Below are positions 1-12,357 of a stretch of DNA of 41,524 bases, one piece after another (the stretch's first letter is position 1; each line of letters begins with the position of its first letter). The notes beneath the pieces were generated by a model. That model made no database searches and was not told the origin of the DNA. It saw nothing but the letters and a program-made list of their open reading frames with translations. Source of the DNA: Nemertoderma westbladi (Eukaryota; Animalia; Xenacoelomorpha). Where the stretch lies: assembly GCA_032718475.1 (NCBI GenBank), contig JAUCBJ010005836.1, positions 1-41,524 of the forward strand, read 5' to 3'. The position numbers were made by a program, and so were the translations under genes.

Positions 1-1206
1 CGTCCTGCCAACGGGCTAGTGTTTAGCCTATTTATTGCTGTATTGTTACTGGTACCAGTAACTCCTGCATTAGGAAAGTGGAACAGTCTGACACTGACAG
101 TGGAAGGTTTTGTAGTACCTACTGTCAGCGTCAGGCCGTACTGTCAGACTGTAGTAATATTCTGGGTACCGGTACCTGGTATCACATACAGATTGTGTCT
201 AAAAGTATCAATCACTATGTAGTGCCCAAGCACTACAAATGTAGTCTTCTGTAAATAAGTTGAATTTGCTATACTAAAGAGGGTAGACTACATGATATTT
301 TATTGTTTTATTAAATCTTCCATTATCTGACAATAAAAATATGCCCCAATCCCTGTTGTCTATAACCATATAGTTACATAGAATGAAGTAATGCCAATCG
401 ATGTCTGAAAAAATATATTTCCGATTTTTAGAGTCAATTTAGAAATGCAAAGTTTTAAAATTTACCGTTTTTAAGTGTCAGTCATATAGATGCACCTTTA
501 ATTTATCATATTATAGCATTATAATAGTTATAGGATATATTAGGTAACTACAGCATTGATTTGAAAACAGTCCTTAATGGGGTTACAAATGTAGATGTTG
601 GGCGCTGCTGGGTTAATATTATTGAATAATGATACTGTACTTATCAGTATATTACATTTAAAATATTTATTGTTTGTTTGTTACGCTAAAGGGAAAAGGC
701 AGGAAGAGGTACAGTACATCTGGACAGTACTGTACTGCCGAATATGGCGAAACACTTTTAACATGCCCCATATTGCCCTGATTGCCAGCTGATACAGGGA
801 TACAGCGCAGTTTATACCCAAACGATGAAGGAAGAAGCGAAGGTGGAAATCAATAAAATATGTTGTTACCTTCCAATTGAAGGAAAAGAGCAGGTTACAG
901 CGGCGGAAATTTCTAACCAAAACAATAAACGATGTTGTTAACCGTGAATAAACGACAATCAATTGAACTATTGAATGAATTTTTAAAAGTTCTTGCTGGC
1001 ACCAAATTTTGCACCCAGCACCGAAAAATACAACGTTGATGATATGCCTGCCTGGTGCAATTTATATATATTCCAACGAGACTAGAATGCCTAAAACCCC
1101 TATTGCGGAAAAATACAGCTTCACCGTCATTGTGTCTGCATGGTACTTCACATAGCGCGCTATTTGGTGGTCTCTGGTGAATGTTTGGATTTGACCTAAA
1201 CAAATT

Positions 1207-2808
1207 CCCAGGTAGCACAGGACGTCCACGAAAGAAATCGAACGTTCATATTTGGTACTTTTTTTATGCGAATCTGAACATCAATGAAATATTGTTCAAA
1301 ATTGGTAAAAATTGCTGACGTTGTGAGTAATTTACCAAATTGTGACGTTCACATTAGGTAATTTAACGTCCTAACTTTAAAGAAATTGAATATGTACCAA
1401 AACAAACGAATATTGAACGTTCAAATTGCGTCCAGTTATGCGTTCATTTTCTTGTACCTAAATATGTACGTTGTTTGAACATTTATGAACGTTCAAACAT
1501 AATTTACTTTAACTTGTTATGTCAACGGCATGTTCAAACTTGTTCGTGATACAATTATCTGACTATTTATTATTTTGCAATTATATTTTATGTTGGTTAG
1601 CCTACTCCTTGTATGGTTGGTGTGGTTCCGCTTAGTTATACCTGGACTAATGGTTCATTCTCAATACAAAACAATTTAATTAACTTTTTTTTTAAACACT
1701 TATTTTTTTTTTTTAATTTAAACAATTTAAAACAATTTTAAGTAATCGAAAAATTATTCACACAACAAAACATTGATAACCAATACAATGCTGACGCATT
1801 TTTAAACATTTTAAACAACAAATAACATCAAAATTAGACAAAGGTGATTCTACTGATTACTAAAGCTAATACACTAGTACTATGTCACGAAAAATTGTAA
1901 TAAAATTATTAGAATATATTAGGCTTATTGAACCAAGAAAATAACAAACAAAGAAAACCGCAAAAGTTTGTCTATTTTGATACCAACTGACCAAATACCA
2001 TTACATTTTGTTGAGATAAATCGGATATATGGGCGTTGGAATGTTCAAACCTCTATCATGCATAGGGTAATTTTTTTAATCGCAAAACATTATTTTTTAT
2101 TTTACAAATTTATCATATTATATAAACCTTTCTTACGTTTCAATTGCTTTTTGTATGTATTATTGCCTTATTGCATAGATACAAAATTTCAAATATCAAT
2201 TATAAGGTCATAAAATTAATTAATTTTTTTAAGATTCATCAATATGAAAAATCTATTTTGGCTGGAAATAAGATAAAATACAGAAATCTAACTAATCCAA
2301 TGCGAATTTGTGGATCATCACCATAATATATCATGGATACTCTTATATCACTATCGATTAAATAATTTCATATATACTCTGATGCTTCCCTTTCTAAATG
2401 TATAGGGTATTGTAGGTGTAGGGCCGTAGGATAGGGTGTAGGGATTGGATAAGGCAGGCTACCCCCCCCCCCCCTCCCCTCTCTACACAGAACATGCACC
2501 AACAAACAGTGATTGGTTGGTCTCACGTTAAATTTTTACGTTTATTCAACCTAATATGGACCTATAACACACCAGAAATGAACGTCTAGTGAACACGTCA
2601 TTTGAACATAGATTGCCTGTGGTCTCTTTTACGTCCAATTGCCCGTTCATATTACGGTACTTCTGACGGCCAACTTTGAACTATTGAACGTTTAGCATCA
2701 ATAGCATCTTATGGGAGAAATACAACGTCATATGAACATAAATCCAGAACGTCTGGACGAATAATGAACGTAAATTTACCGTAAATTTACGTATTTGTGC
2801 TACCTGGG
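1207..2808. mobile_element. Non-autonomous DNA transposon, probably CMC/EnSpm-like
   Basis: Perfect 13-bp TIR CCCAGGTAGCACA (1207-1219) / TGTGCTACCTGGG (2796-2808), flanked by TT on both sides (2-bp TSD). Subterminal regions are rich in GACGTC/AACGTT motifs. No transposase ORF. Confidence 0.75.
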
Positions 2809-3124
2809 TTGGTTTACTACTGAAGATCCGCAATGGGCATATCGGGGCAGGTGTGGGCCACTCGGAATCCGACGAGGCAGTGCACATATTGACATTTTGG
2901 CGTATGTACATTTCTTACAGAAGGGAGCCACTGGGTTAAGAGTAAAAACAGCTTCAAATACTCAATTTACAAAATTGAAATATTTCAAAATTTGGGGCTG
3001 GCACCAAAATTTGGCACCCGCCACCAAAAACAAGATTAAAATTTCTAGCTTATTTTATATGAATTCCTTTTAGTTAGTAGCGTTAGTTACAGAGAGAGGT
3101 GGGGGGGGGGGGGGGGGGGGGTTA

Positions 3125-3336
3125 AGGGAATACCGGGGAAACTTCACATGCTGACATGGGCAGAAACTCCAGTACTCATTTAGCTACCATTTAAGGATGC
3201 AAGGCAGGCAGAGATGCCTCGCTAAACCCTTCAAAGCATTCGTGCCGAAACGAAAACATTGGCCCCCATGCTGGGGTTGAACCCACAACCTCCGTGAGAT
3301 GTGAATTCAATATAACCACTACACCAAGGTGGGCTC
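3125..3336 (-). mobile_element. Degenerate tRNA-derived SINE
   Basis: Minus strand has an A-box-like TGGTGTAGTGG and a B-box-like GGTTCAACCCC, then AAATGAGTAC, a motif shared with the SINE at 17271-17503. The 3' boundary is approximate. Confidence 0.6.
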
Positions 3337-3780
3337 TAAACCAAGGTGGAACAAGTGTCAGATACCGTCAGATCAGATCAGATAAGGACAGACTTTTTAG
3401 CCATCCTATCAGGGGGGGGGGGGGGGGCTCTTTACTAGGGTTCGACCAGAGCTCCGGCTCCGGCCGGACTTGGCATGTCCGGCTCCGGTCAAATTAGGTA
3501 CAGGAGGTCCTGAGGTCCGGCAAAAAGTATTTGGGCTGCACGATGCATAGCTAAATGGATAGGCAAGGCAAACATAACAGCCAGACACCAGACGTCCGTC
3601 TGCGAACTGATCAACGTCTACTGGCAGACTGTACTGTCGACTGTGTTACGGTACCGGTATGGCAGTAGGCCGTAGGCTAAACACTGTAGGCAGTGAGGTA
3701 GGCCTATTTCTGTTGCATTGTCCTGTTGTCTGACTGTCTTTCGCTGTACAGCTGTAGGCCCTATTGAAAAGTTTTATTTT

Positions 3781-3962
3781 CTGCGCCGGGTGCCTAAAAT
3801 CCTGCGCCGGCTCTGTGCAAAACCACGCCGGCTGCAAAAAAATCCTGCGCCGGCTCTGTGCAAACCCATGCCAGGTGCAAAAATCCTGCGCCGGCTCTGT
3901 GCAATGCAAAATGCTGCGCCGGGTGAAAAATCTTCCACCGGCTCTTCAAAGCTGCACCGGGC
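3781..3962. repeat. Subterminal tandem repeat (~40-bp unit containing AAAATCCTGCGCCGGCTCTGTGCA)
   Basis: Three near-identical cores plus degenerate copies. This repeat explains the overlapping repetitive ORFs at 3646-4288. Confidence 0.85.
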
Positions 3963-5099
3963 TGACTGGTATAAAACATAAAATCTGCCTGTTATACTGT
4001 ACAGTACCTGTAGTTTATTCGGTTATCTATAATACTGCAGCTGCACTAATCCTGTTTGTTACTTTTGTTACTTTGTTACTGTTTAATCCTAATTGTTACT
4101 TAAACGAACGAAAGTTGTGGGTGGGTGAAATGAAAATAAGGATACAGAGACGGAAAACCTTAATAAAGACAAATGCAACAAGTACAGTAGGTACGTTGTT
4201 TTATTCCAAAAGTGTAACATTACGAAACAACTACTTAAGAAACACTGCATGTAAATTTTTGTTGTCAAGTAAAGTGTACATTTTTTGAAATTACTCAAAT
4301 GTTACAATATGAATTATAGAAAGAATATTAAAGACTATTTCAGTTGGCCTACAGTAGTCCTTGTATTTATGTACTACGTTCTACTTTATTACATACTATA
4401 CGTACTGTGGTCCGGTATACGTCTATGCTACAAATACGGTATGTCTGAATGAATAATGACTAGCTGTATGTTATGTTTATTAATATCGGCAGAATAACAA
4501 TAAAATATTAATATTTGCACATGTACGTACACGTACAGTAGATTAAAATAAAATGAACAAATATCTGCAAAGTACGCTAATAAGCGTATGTATGTACTAT
4601 TGTAATAAAAATACGGATAATGGTATTCAGGTAAAATTAGTAAAATAATTAAAATTATAGTTTATTTACAGTACTTACAATACACAGTTGGTGCATATTA
4701 ATTATTAAAAAAAAATGAAATTACAATAAAATTAAATTAAAAACGGCAAAGCATACTTACAGTAGGTTCAAGGGCTTCAACAACATACAGTACTAAAGGC
4801 AAACATATTAATAAGGACAAGTTTACAATACTCTATAGGATACAAACAACACAACAATACGTAGTTATATGGAACATAAATTTGGTACCGTAGGTAGTAC
4901 CGTATGTCGCATAAGTAAAATATTATTGCTGAAATAAAACGCGCAAAGTAAAGTAACTATAAAAGATAGGAAAACAATTAAACATACAAAAACACTATTT
5001 TAAAATTTAACACAAAAAAATGTTTTTTGGGATTGAAAAAATGAAAATAATAGGTACTGTAGCTAGATTTTAATAAAGATGTCGTTGTATCCGAAAGCT

Positions 5100-5885
5100 T
5101 TTGCTTTCGCTACTGCCACTTGGCGCAAAGGAGTATCACTATATATTCATTTTAAGGGACATTTCGCAGTCTAGTCTATTTTTGAATATGCTCCATCATG
5201 GAGTACCAAAGGTATTACGTGCATTAACAACACTTTCCGGTAATGGTAAAGGATTCCAAATGTTTACAACGCTGTCTGCAAAGTTGTTGTGTGTTAGCAT
5301 TGGTGGAGTTAGGAACGAAACTGGAAGAAATTACTTGCTCAATTTTGTCAATCCCGTTGATAAACCTGTATGTTGTTATAAGGTCGGCTAGTACACGGCG
5401 ATATATTAATGTTGGTAGTTTGAGTGCAAGTAGTCGGTTTTCATATGACAACTCAGCCAGCGATAGTACAACTGTACAAGGCGAGTGACCACACGGTGTT
5501 GTACTTGTTCAAGACGTTCAATATTTATCATGTCGGAGGAATGGCGAACAAACAACTGTGTCGTATTCAAGGAGAGGCCGAACAAGTGATTTGTATAACA
5601 GGGTCACAGGGTAAACATCGGTGCCTCCAAATATGTAAAAGTTCGTTGTATTAAATGTACGACTCGCATGGCGCGGGCTGGAGTCTTTGTGCAGTGAGCT
5701 ATGATGCTGTGAACAGTGTGAAGGACAAGTCTGGTGTAAATGTAATTCCAAAATCACGTTCCTCGGTTGGCGATAAAAGTGTCCATCCATTCATTGTGTA
5801 ACAAGTTGCTTGGGGATTTCTAGAACCTAGATGCATGCATGACCTTGCACTTGGAGTCATTGAACTGCAATTTCCAATGGTTACA
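5100..5885 (-). mobile_element. CR1-type LINE, decayed 3' ORF2 fragment
   Basis: Frameshifted peptides WKLQFNDSKCKVMH, LLYKSLVRPLLEYDTVVCSP and SYENRLLALKLPTLIYRRVLADLITTYRFING match the CR1 RT C-terminus. Confidence 0.85.
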
Positions 5886-6420
5886 CATGTGTGTCGGTAA
5901 TAAATTATTTCATTATCAATAGTGCCATAGTATAAGTCGTTTATTCACTGTTCAACTTCATTCTGTCTGCCTGTTTTATTATATGTGCAGTTTTATTTAT
6001 ACGCTTCTATGACAGCGGTGTCTCCATCCAAATAATATTAGGCTAGGCCTATATAATGCCGGGTCAATTTCTGTAGCGTCGACGCCGGGCAGCCGGGAAT
6101 ATTTCGACGCCTGCTGCGCCGAGCGCAGCATCTCTACCATTGCCAGTGCTCCGCTGGGTACCCCAGCGTAGCACATCTCTGCGCCGACCCTTCCGGCTCA
6201 TTGCCCGGCGTAGCACATTTCTGCGCCAGCTCCTGGCGCAAGTTCTAGTACTGCGCCGAACATGCTCGGCGTACATGTAAAACTTTTCAATAGGGGCTGT
6301 AGGCCTATTTCCGTTGAATTGTCCTTTTATCTGAGTCACTAAGTCTGACAGTCTTCCACTTACCCAAGAATACAAGACCTAACTTTAATTGCTACCAATA
6401 AGACTCAAAAAAGACTGAAA

Positions 6421-6660
6421 CAATAAGACTGTGGGGGCACCCTTACAAATTGCAGCAAGGACATTGCAGAACTGTTGCGGTGCAGAACTCATTTACAAAT
6501 CGTGTTGTGCCTGTTTGGAACAATCTAATCTACCTTACGTTGCAGTCAGTGACTGCCCCGGCCCCCTCAGTTGAATTGTTCAAACGCCATATTTATTTGT
6601 GCGATTTTAACAATTGGATTAAATTTGACCGCAATTTGTAACTATGCCAATTTTAATTAT
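6421..6660 (+). mobile_element. CR1-type LINE extreme 3' fragment
   Basis: GHPYKLQQGHCRT...NSFTNRVVPVWNNL is the typical CR1 ORF2 end. Bases 6421-6490 are a close inverted match to ~28136-28206. Confidence 0.8.
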
Positions 6661-7577
6661 TTTCTATTTGACCACGCAAATAATATAGGCCTAATATAAT
6701 ATAATATACCAGTCACCAGTACTGCAGTAACAGAATTAGTTCCAATCCAGTCCGCCAGTTAGCTTGTACATCGGCCAGTCTGTCAGGCAGTACCCGAATG
6801 ACCGTATATACAATATAGATTATATCAGTATATTATATCAGTACTCAGTAGGCCTATACAGGTACCGGTATACTGGTATAGGTCTGCCAGTCTGTAGATC
6901 TATGCTATTACTACTGTACTAGATCAGTAGATAGACAGATAGATATCCGTTAATTGATTATGTAAAGCAGTAAAGCAAATGCCCCCCCCCCCCCCCCCCC
7001 GAGCTATCTGCAAAATTAATTAAGACAAACTCAAGCTGTCAAGGCAGCAAGGCTAAATAATAAACAATGTTGCTCCGGTCCGGCTCCGGACAGCCGGACC
7101 CGGCTCCGGCACTTTTAGGTTGCTCCGGTCCGGTACCCGGCTCCGGCAAAAAAAATTGCTCCGGTCGAACCCTACTCTTTACTAGGCCTACTTTACATAA
7201 TCAATTAACGGATATCTATCTGTCTATCTAGTACGGTAGTAATCAGTTAATATATACTGATATATGGGATGCGGGATGGGACTACACCTGCTATGTAGCC
7301 TCTAGCAGTCTAGGCTCTATGTAGGCTATACCCAAGCTGCCAAGGACTACCGGTACTGAAGCAAGGCTGCAAAGTGCAAGGACTGGCACACAGTAAATCC
7401 AGACTTCGCATGCGAAGTGCGAAGCTGCGAAGGTCATGCTGTTTTGTTTATGTTATCTTATCAGTAACCAGTTTGAATGATGAACATACACATTCTGGGG
7501 TGAAAAATTATGTAGAATCTATTTCTGGTATTACAGTATTAGTCTTTCAATTACCTATTGCTTTCAAGTGTCAAGTA

Positions 7578-7910
7578 TGGGTCCTACAAATTACCCAAAA
7601 AAACACAATATCGCCCAAAAAAAGACAAAAATACACAAAAAAAAAGTAAAAAAAAACACAAAAAATTTCACCAAAAAACAAAAAAAACACAATATTACCC
7701 AAAAAAAACTACCCAAAAAGAACAAAAATTTTTTTTCATAAACAATGTAAATACTATAAGATTTAGGGGTCCTACGAATTACCCAAAAAAACACAATATT
7801 ACCCAAAAAAAAAACACAAAAAATACAAAAAATTACACAAAAAAACACAAAAAAACATAATATTACCAAAAAAAGCTACCCAAAGAGACAACAAAAATGT
7901 TTTTCAAAAA
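7578..7910. repeat. A-rich tandem arm (TTACCCAAAAAAACACAA units) of a possible foldback element
   Basis: Two tandem ~190-bp blocks each start GGGTCCTACRAATTACCC. An inverted counterpart lies at ~11895-12004. No TSD found. Confidence 0.6.
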
Positions 7911-7946
7911 CACTTTTACACAGACATAAACACAAACATTTTTAAA

Positions 7947-10900
7947 ATGGGCCTCAGTGATCACTACCTGGTTTATGTGACTCGGAAACGTAAAAAACTT
8001 ATGCCTCACTCCCACACAACTCGTATCGGTAGATCATACAAAAACTACAGTGAAACCCGACTTCTAGAACCTGCTCTTGAACGCAAGTACCGCTCTACCT
8101 ACCATCCTCCAGACAACATCAGTAGACAATGCTGCTATGATTCTACAGGCCGAACTGAACAATCTCACAAATGAAATTGCCCCTTTAAAGAAGTCCGCAT
8201 TAAACATAACACAGAGCCATGGATTAACTCAACCATCACTTCTACAATTCAAGCAAGAAACAATGCATTTAGGGTATTTCATAACCATCCCAATTCAACT
8301 AACGAACAGGCGTATAAAAGGTTGAGGAATGTGTTAACATGCCAAATCAGATCTGCCAAAGCGAATTTCTTCCACGACAAGCTTGACGCCAATAATTCTA
8401 ATCACAAAGAGCTATGGAAAACACTGAAACACATGGGCGCCCCATCAAAAAACAAGGAAGCCTCAACATCTATACCCTGTATCAAAATGGGAGACTCACT
8501 GCTGTACGATGACGCAGAGAAAGCCATCGAGTTCAACAATTTCTTTACCCATATTGCTGATACGCTAGTGGACAACCTTCCTCCTGCTGATAGCAACTAC
8601 AAATTGCAAGTAGAAGAATACTATCGCAGGAAAGGAATTTTCCCAAGCTCTTTTTCCCTTTCACCGGTAGACTCTGAATCTGTCCGAGTTATTCTATCCC
8701 AACTAGACGTTAGTAAGAGCTGTGGGCCTGACAACATACCTCCACTTATCCTGAGAGATGGATGTAGCTATCTTCTACCTCTAGTAACATATATTATAAA
8801 CTTGTCAATCTCCACAAATACCTTTCCCAGCATTTACAAAATAGCCAAAGTAATCCCAATTTTCAAAAAAGGAAGCAACATTCAGCGTTTCAACTTCAGA
8901 CCAATATCACTCCTTACAATAATATAAAAAGTTATAGAAAAGGTTGTCTTTGACCAAATGATGGGCTATTTTTACTTAATGAACATTATTGATAAATTTC
9001 AATCAGCCTTTTGTAAAGGATATTCCGTACAGACATGTTTGATTTTTCTGGATAACTACATTAAACACATCATGGAAAACGGGAAAATGGTTGGAATGGT
9101 CGCTATTGATCTCCAGAAGGCCTTCGACACGGTTGACCGATCCCTTCTCATCCACAAGCTAAAGTGACTTGGCCTCTCACGGTATGCCATAGCATTTTTC
9201 GAGTCAATCTATCCAGTCGAACACAATACGTCCAGGTCGGTAACAGCAGTTCAAACACGCTTCCAATAGATATAGGCGTCCCACAGGGTGCTATACTCGG
9301 AGTGATTCTCTTTGTGGCTTATATCAATGATTTTCCATTGTCAACAGCTTGCAAACTTTCTGCAATATGCCCCCCTCCATCTACAGTTGCCACTGCCATG
9401 ACTCACAATGTATTTACAGATGACACTGACCCTTCTCCAATGTATGCTGATGATACAAACATCCTCGCAACAGGGACAGACCCAAACCACATCTCCATAA
9501 ATCTAACAAACAAACTGAAAAATATCTCAAACTGGGCCATAAACAACAGACTCAGCATACACCCAGATATATTCGAGGTCATAATTTTTGGGACCCGTCA
9601 GCATCTCTCACATGTAGATAACTTCACAGTGGAGCATAATGGTGTGTCACTGCCTGTCTCAGGCACGGTTAACTACCTGGGGTGCCCACTGGATCCAACC
9701 CTGTCCGGCGAAGTTGCCGCTCGCAAAGCCATCCGGAAGGAGAACTCGATTCTTCGTTTCCTCTATAGAAACTCGGCTACACTCAGGACTGAACAGATTC
9801 GAAGACTTCTTTGCAACTCGCTTATACAACCTCACCTCGATTTTGCATCCCCTTCGTGGTACTTTGGCGTTTCCTCCCAACTACGAAAACAGATCGAGGT
9901 GCTGCAGCGTAAATGTATACATTTCTGTTTCTCACGCCAACCCCGTTCTCACATAGGCGTTCCAGACTTTGTCTCCATAAACTGGCTTCCCCTCCGTAAG
10001 CGCGTACACCAAATAATCCTCTCTACTATGTACCGCATTTACACTGGGACAGCACCAACCTACCTCCAGGAACTTGTATCCTTTAGCCAATCACGGTCTC
10101 GCCTGAGGAGTGACATGAAACCGAAGGCGATAATCCCACATTTACACTCCGTGGTGGGCCAAGAAAGTTTCGCGTACCAGGGCCCTTTCTTATGGAACCA
10201 ACTGCCTCATAGCGTAACAAGTGTTGAATCAATTGAGTCCTTCAAACATAAAGTAAAATCGTATCTTCTCGAAAAAATCATGTCATCCGATATATCAATA
10301 TATACTAGTAACTAAATTCCTAAGAATTTAACCATTTTTTTTCTTTTAAACTGCATTCCAATATTTCATACAGTACGAACTTTATATTTGTGTCTAAATT
10401 GCCCCTTCTTATTTTTATTGTGTTGTTCTAATAAACCTCAATGCCATAATATATTACTCTTCCTATGTATCTGTTTGTATTTTTTTTATGCCACTGCCAT
10501 TTCAATATTTTTATTTCCCTCTAAATGCTCGGTTCTGTTTGATACTAGTGTAAATAATTATTATATTCGTATTGTATGTATTATATTCACGTATGTATTA
10601 TTATTGTATGTATGTATTATATTTGTATTTGTGTGATATTCCTCTTTAATTTATCATCTACTCCCGATATGAAATCTACTGTATTTATTATTTATTTTTA
10701 TCTGAAAAAACATATTTTAAAAATTTCAAAATATTATAAGACAAAAACAGACAGACATACTAATACTAACTTATATTAATTTAATTTTTATCTTACTCAA
10801 GGACTTATTACAACAATAAGATTTTCATCACATAGCGAGGACCCCCATGGAAACGAGACGAAGTCTCATGGGGCTATCCTCGACGACAAATCATTATTAC

Positions 10901-11234
10901 TCAATGTTTTAGATACCCCGTGCAACCAACTACGTATATTCTCTGCTCATCGTATTTTCAGTTCAGTAACATATTAAAATATTTTCCTTTTTATAAACAT
11001 ACAGTACAGTCATTTCTATCCTATTTTAAATTGGACCATTTTATTTTCAGTAACATTACAGTACAAATGCTTAATGAACAATTAATATATATCTGATTGA
11101 ATGTCTTTGCATTGACTTGTCGGTACTTTTGTTGTTCTGTTAACTATTTTATTATGTTATCGTCAATGTTCATATTTTAATTACGTAAATTTTAGCTGAT
11201 TTACGTCTAATAAAAAATTCCAATTCCAATTCCA
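7947..11234 (+). mobile_element. 5'-truncated L2/Crack-group LINE (end of APE endonuclease, RT, long 3' UTR); inactivated
   Basis: Motifs GLSDHYLVY (endonuclease end), KSCGPDNIP, AKVIPIFKKG..FRPISLL, IDLQKAFDTVD, GVPQGAILG..YINDFP and MYADDT, broken by stops and frameshifts. Ends in AATAAA followed by an (ATTCCA)n tail at ~11209-11234. Confidence 0.92.
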
Positions 11235-11894
11235 TCCAACAATGTATCTACAATAGGCCCCTAAGATTTAGGTTAATTGTAAGAAGAGTTTCACTTTTAA
11301 GTTTTCAATTTTCACTTCTGCACTTTTGATCAAAGTATTACATTTTGTTCATTTGAAGATTCCTTTAATGACCTACTGCCACTGGTTTACCGGTAAGCCT
11401 ACACACCCAGACTGCCAGACAGCAAACAAAATCAGATTTCTTAATTAATGGAAAGGAAAGGAGCAGGTTACAGTGGCAGGCTTTTCTAACCAAAACAATA
11501 AACGATATCCAAAGAACACAGGTTACAGTCTTATTTTTCCAACTGGCTGATGGTTGGCACTTGGCAGTTGCCCTAGGCTACATACTGATCTACACGCCTA
11601 CGGTACGGTACCTGTCAGCCGGTACTTACTGACAGACTGACTTAGCTGATTTGGACATCATGTTGATGTATTGCTATGTATGGCCTATTCAATATACAAT
11701 ATCTAACATAACCAAAATACTAGATCGCACTACCGAAACCGAAACACATAGGCCTACTGCTGTACTGTGTACTGATGACTGACATAGGAACCCTACGCCT
11801 ATCAGCCTATAGGCCTAGGCCTAACACTGTAACAGTATACAGGTATAGGCCTAACTTATCAGTTTATACCTTTTTATAGGATACTGGGATATAA

Positions 11895-12004
11895 ATGATT
11901 TTTGTCTTTTTGGGTAAGTTTTTTGGGTAATATTGTGTTTTTTGTATTTTTTGTGTATTTTTGGGTAATTTTGTGTTTTTTTGGGTAATTCATAGGCAGT
12001 AGGG
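11895..12004. repeat. T-rich inverted counterpart of the 7578-7910 arm
   Basis: TTTTTGGGTAATATTGTGTTTT units are the reverse complement of the left arm. Confidence 0.6.
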
Positions 12005-12357
12005 AACATACCTTAGATAAGCTCCAAAAGTGGGTTCTTATTTAAGGAAAATGGCTCTTATTTAGGGGTTTTTGGGCCTTTTTTGGATATTTTTTCGACA
12101 TAATACTGTAATATGCAAGAACTTGTTTCAGGAAAAAATACCGCATAATTTTATTTCACAATATAAAAGTTGGGTCTTTCTTGAACATACTGCAAAAAAC
12201 CAGAAAACATTTCACCATCCGGTTTTTTTTCTACAAGCGTTTTAAAATTGCATCAAAAGTATCCAACGTGCTGCAACTGCGAAAGCAATGTCCTGCAAAG
12301 CAGAGGCGATTTTGTTCTAGTGTCAAGCTTGGGGGAACCAATAAGACACCTCCAATG

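Larger units (their letters stand above)
3759..6295. mobile_element. Nested non-autonomous TIR element with 8-bp TSD (superfamily unclear, possibly MULE-like)
   Basis: Perfect 18-bp TIR CCCTATTGAAAAGTTTTA, exact TSD GCTGTAGG (3751-3758 and 6296-6303), and CTGCGCCG-rich subterminal repeats at both ends. Confidence 0.85.
3436..7174. mobile_element. Non-autonomous hAT-like transposon carrying nested insertions
   Basis: 17-bp TIR TAGGGTTCGACC(A/G)GAGC with 1 mismatch, exact 8-bp TSD CTCTTTAC (3428-3435 and 7175-7182), and subterminal GCTCCGG repeats at both ends. Confidence 0.9.

Noticed and set aside
1-20. Helitron-like 3' end (..ACGGGCTAGT)
   Set aside because: Cut by the window edge; the hairpin cannot be confirmed.
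2809-2939. piggyBac-like end (CCACTGGG|TTAA) as host of the CMC element
   Set aside because: No matching opposite TIR found in the window.
3102-3121. Poly-G/poly-C runs (also ~2462, 3412, 6982, 14506 and 22596) as G-quadruplex signals
   Set aside because: Simple homopolymers with unreliable lengths, mostly in repeat contexts; no pattern beyond the one noted at the hAT target site.
3646-4288. Overlapping Cys/Arg-rich ORFs
   Set aside because: By-products of GC-rich subterminal tandem repeats.
7558-7869. Lys-rich and Phe-rich ORFs
   Set aside because: Translations of A/T-rich low-complexity repeat arms.
10836-10882. Hammerhead ribozyme
   Set aside because: GAAAC is present but the CUGANGA core is absent from both copies.
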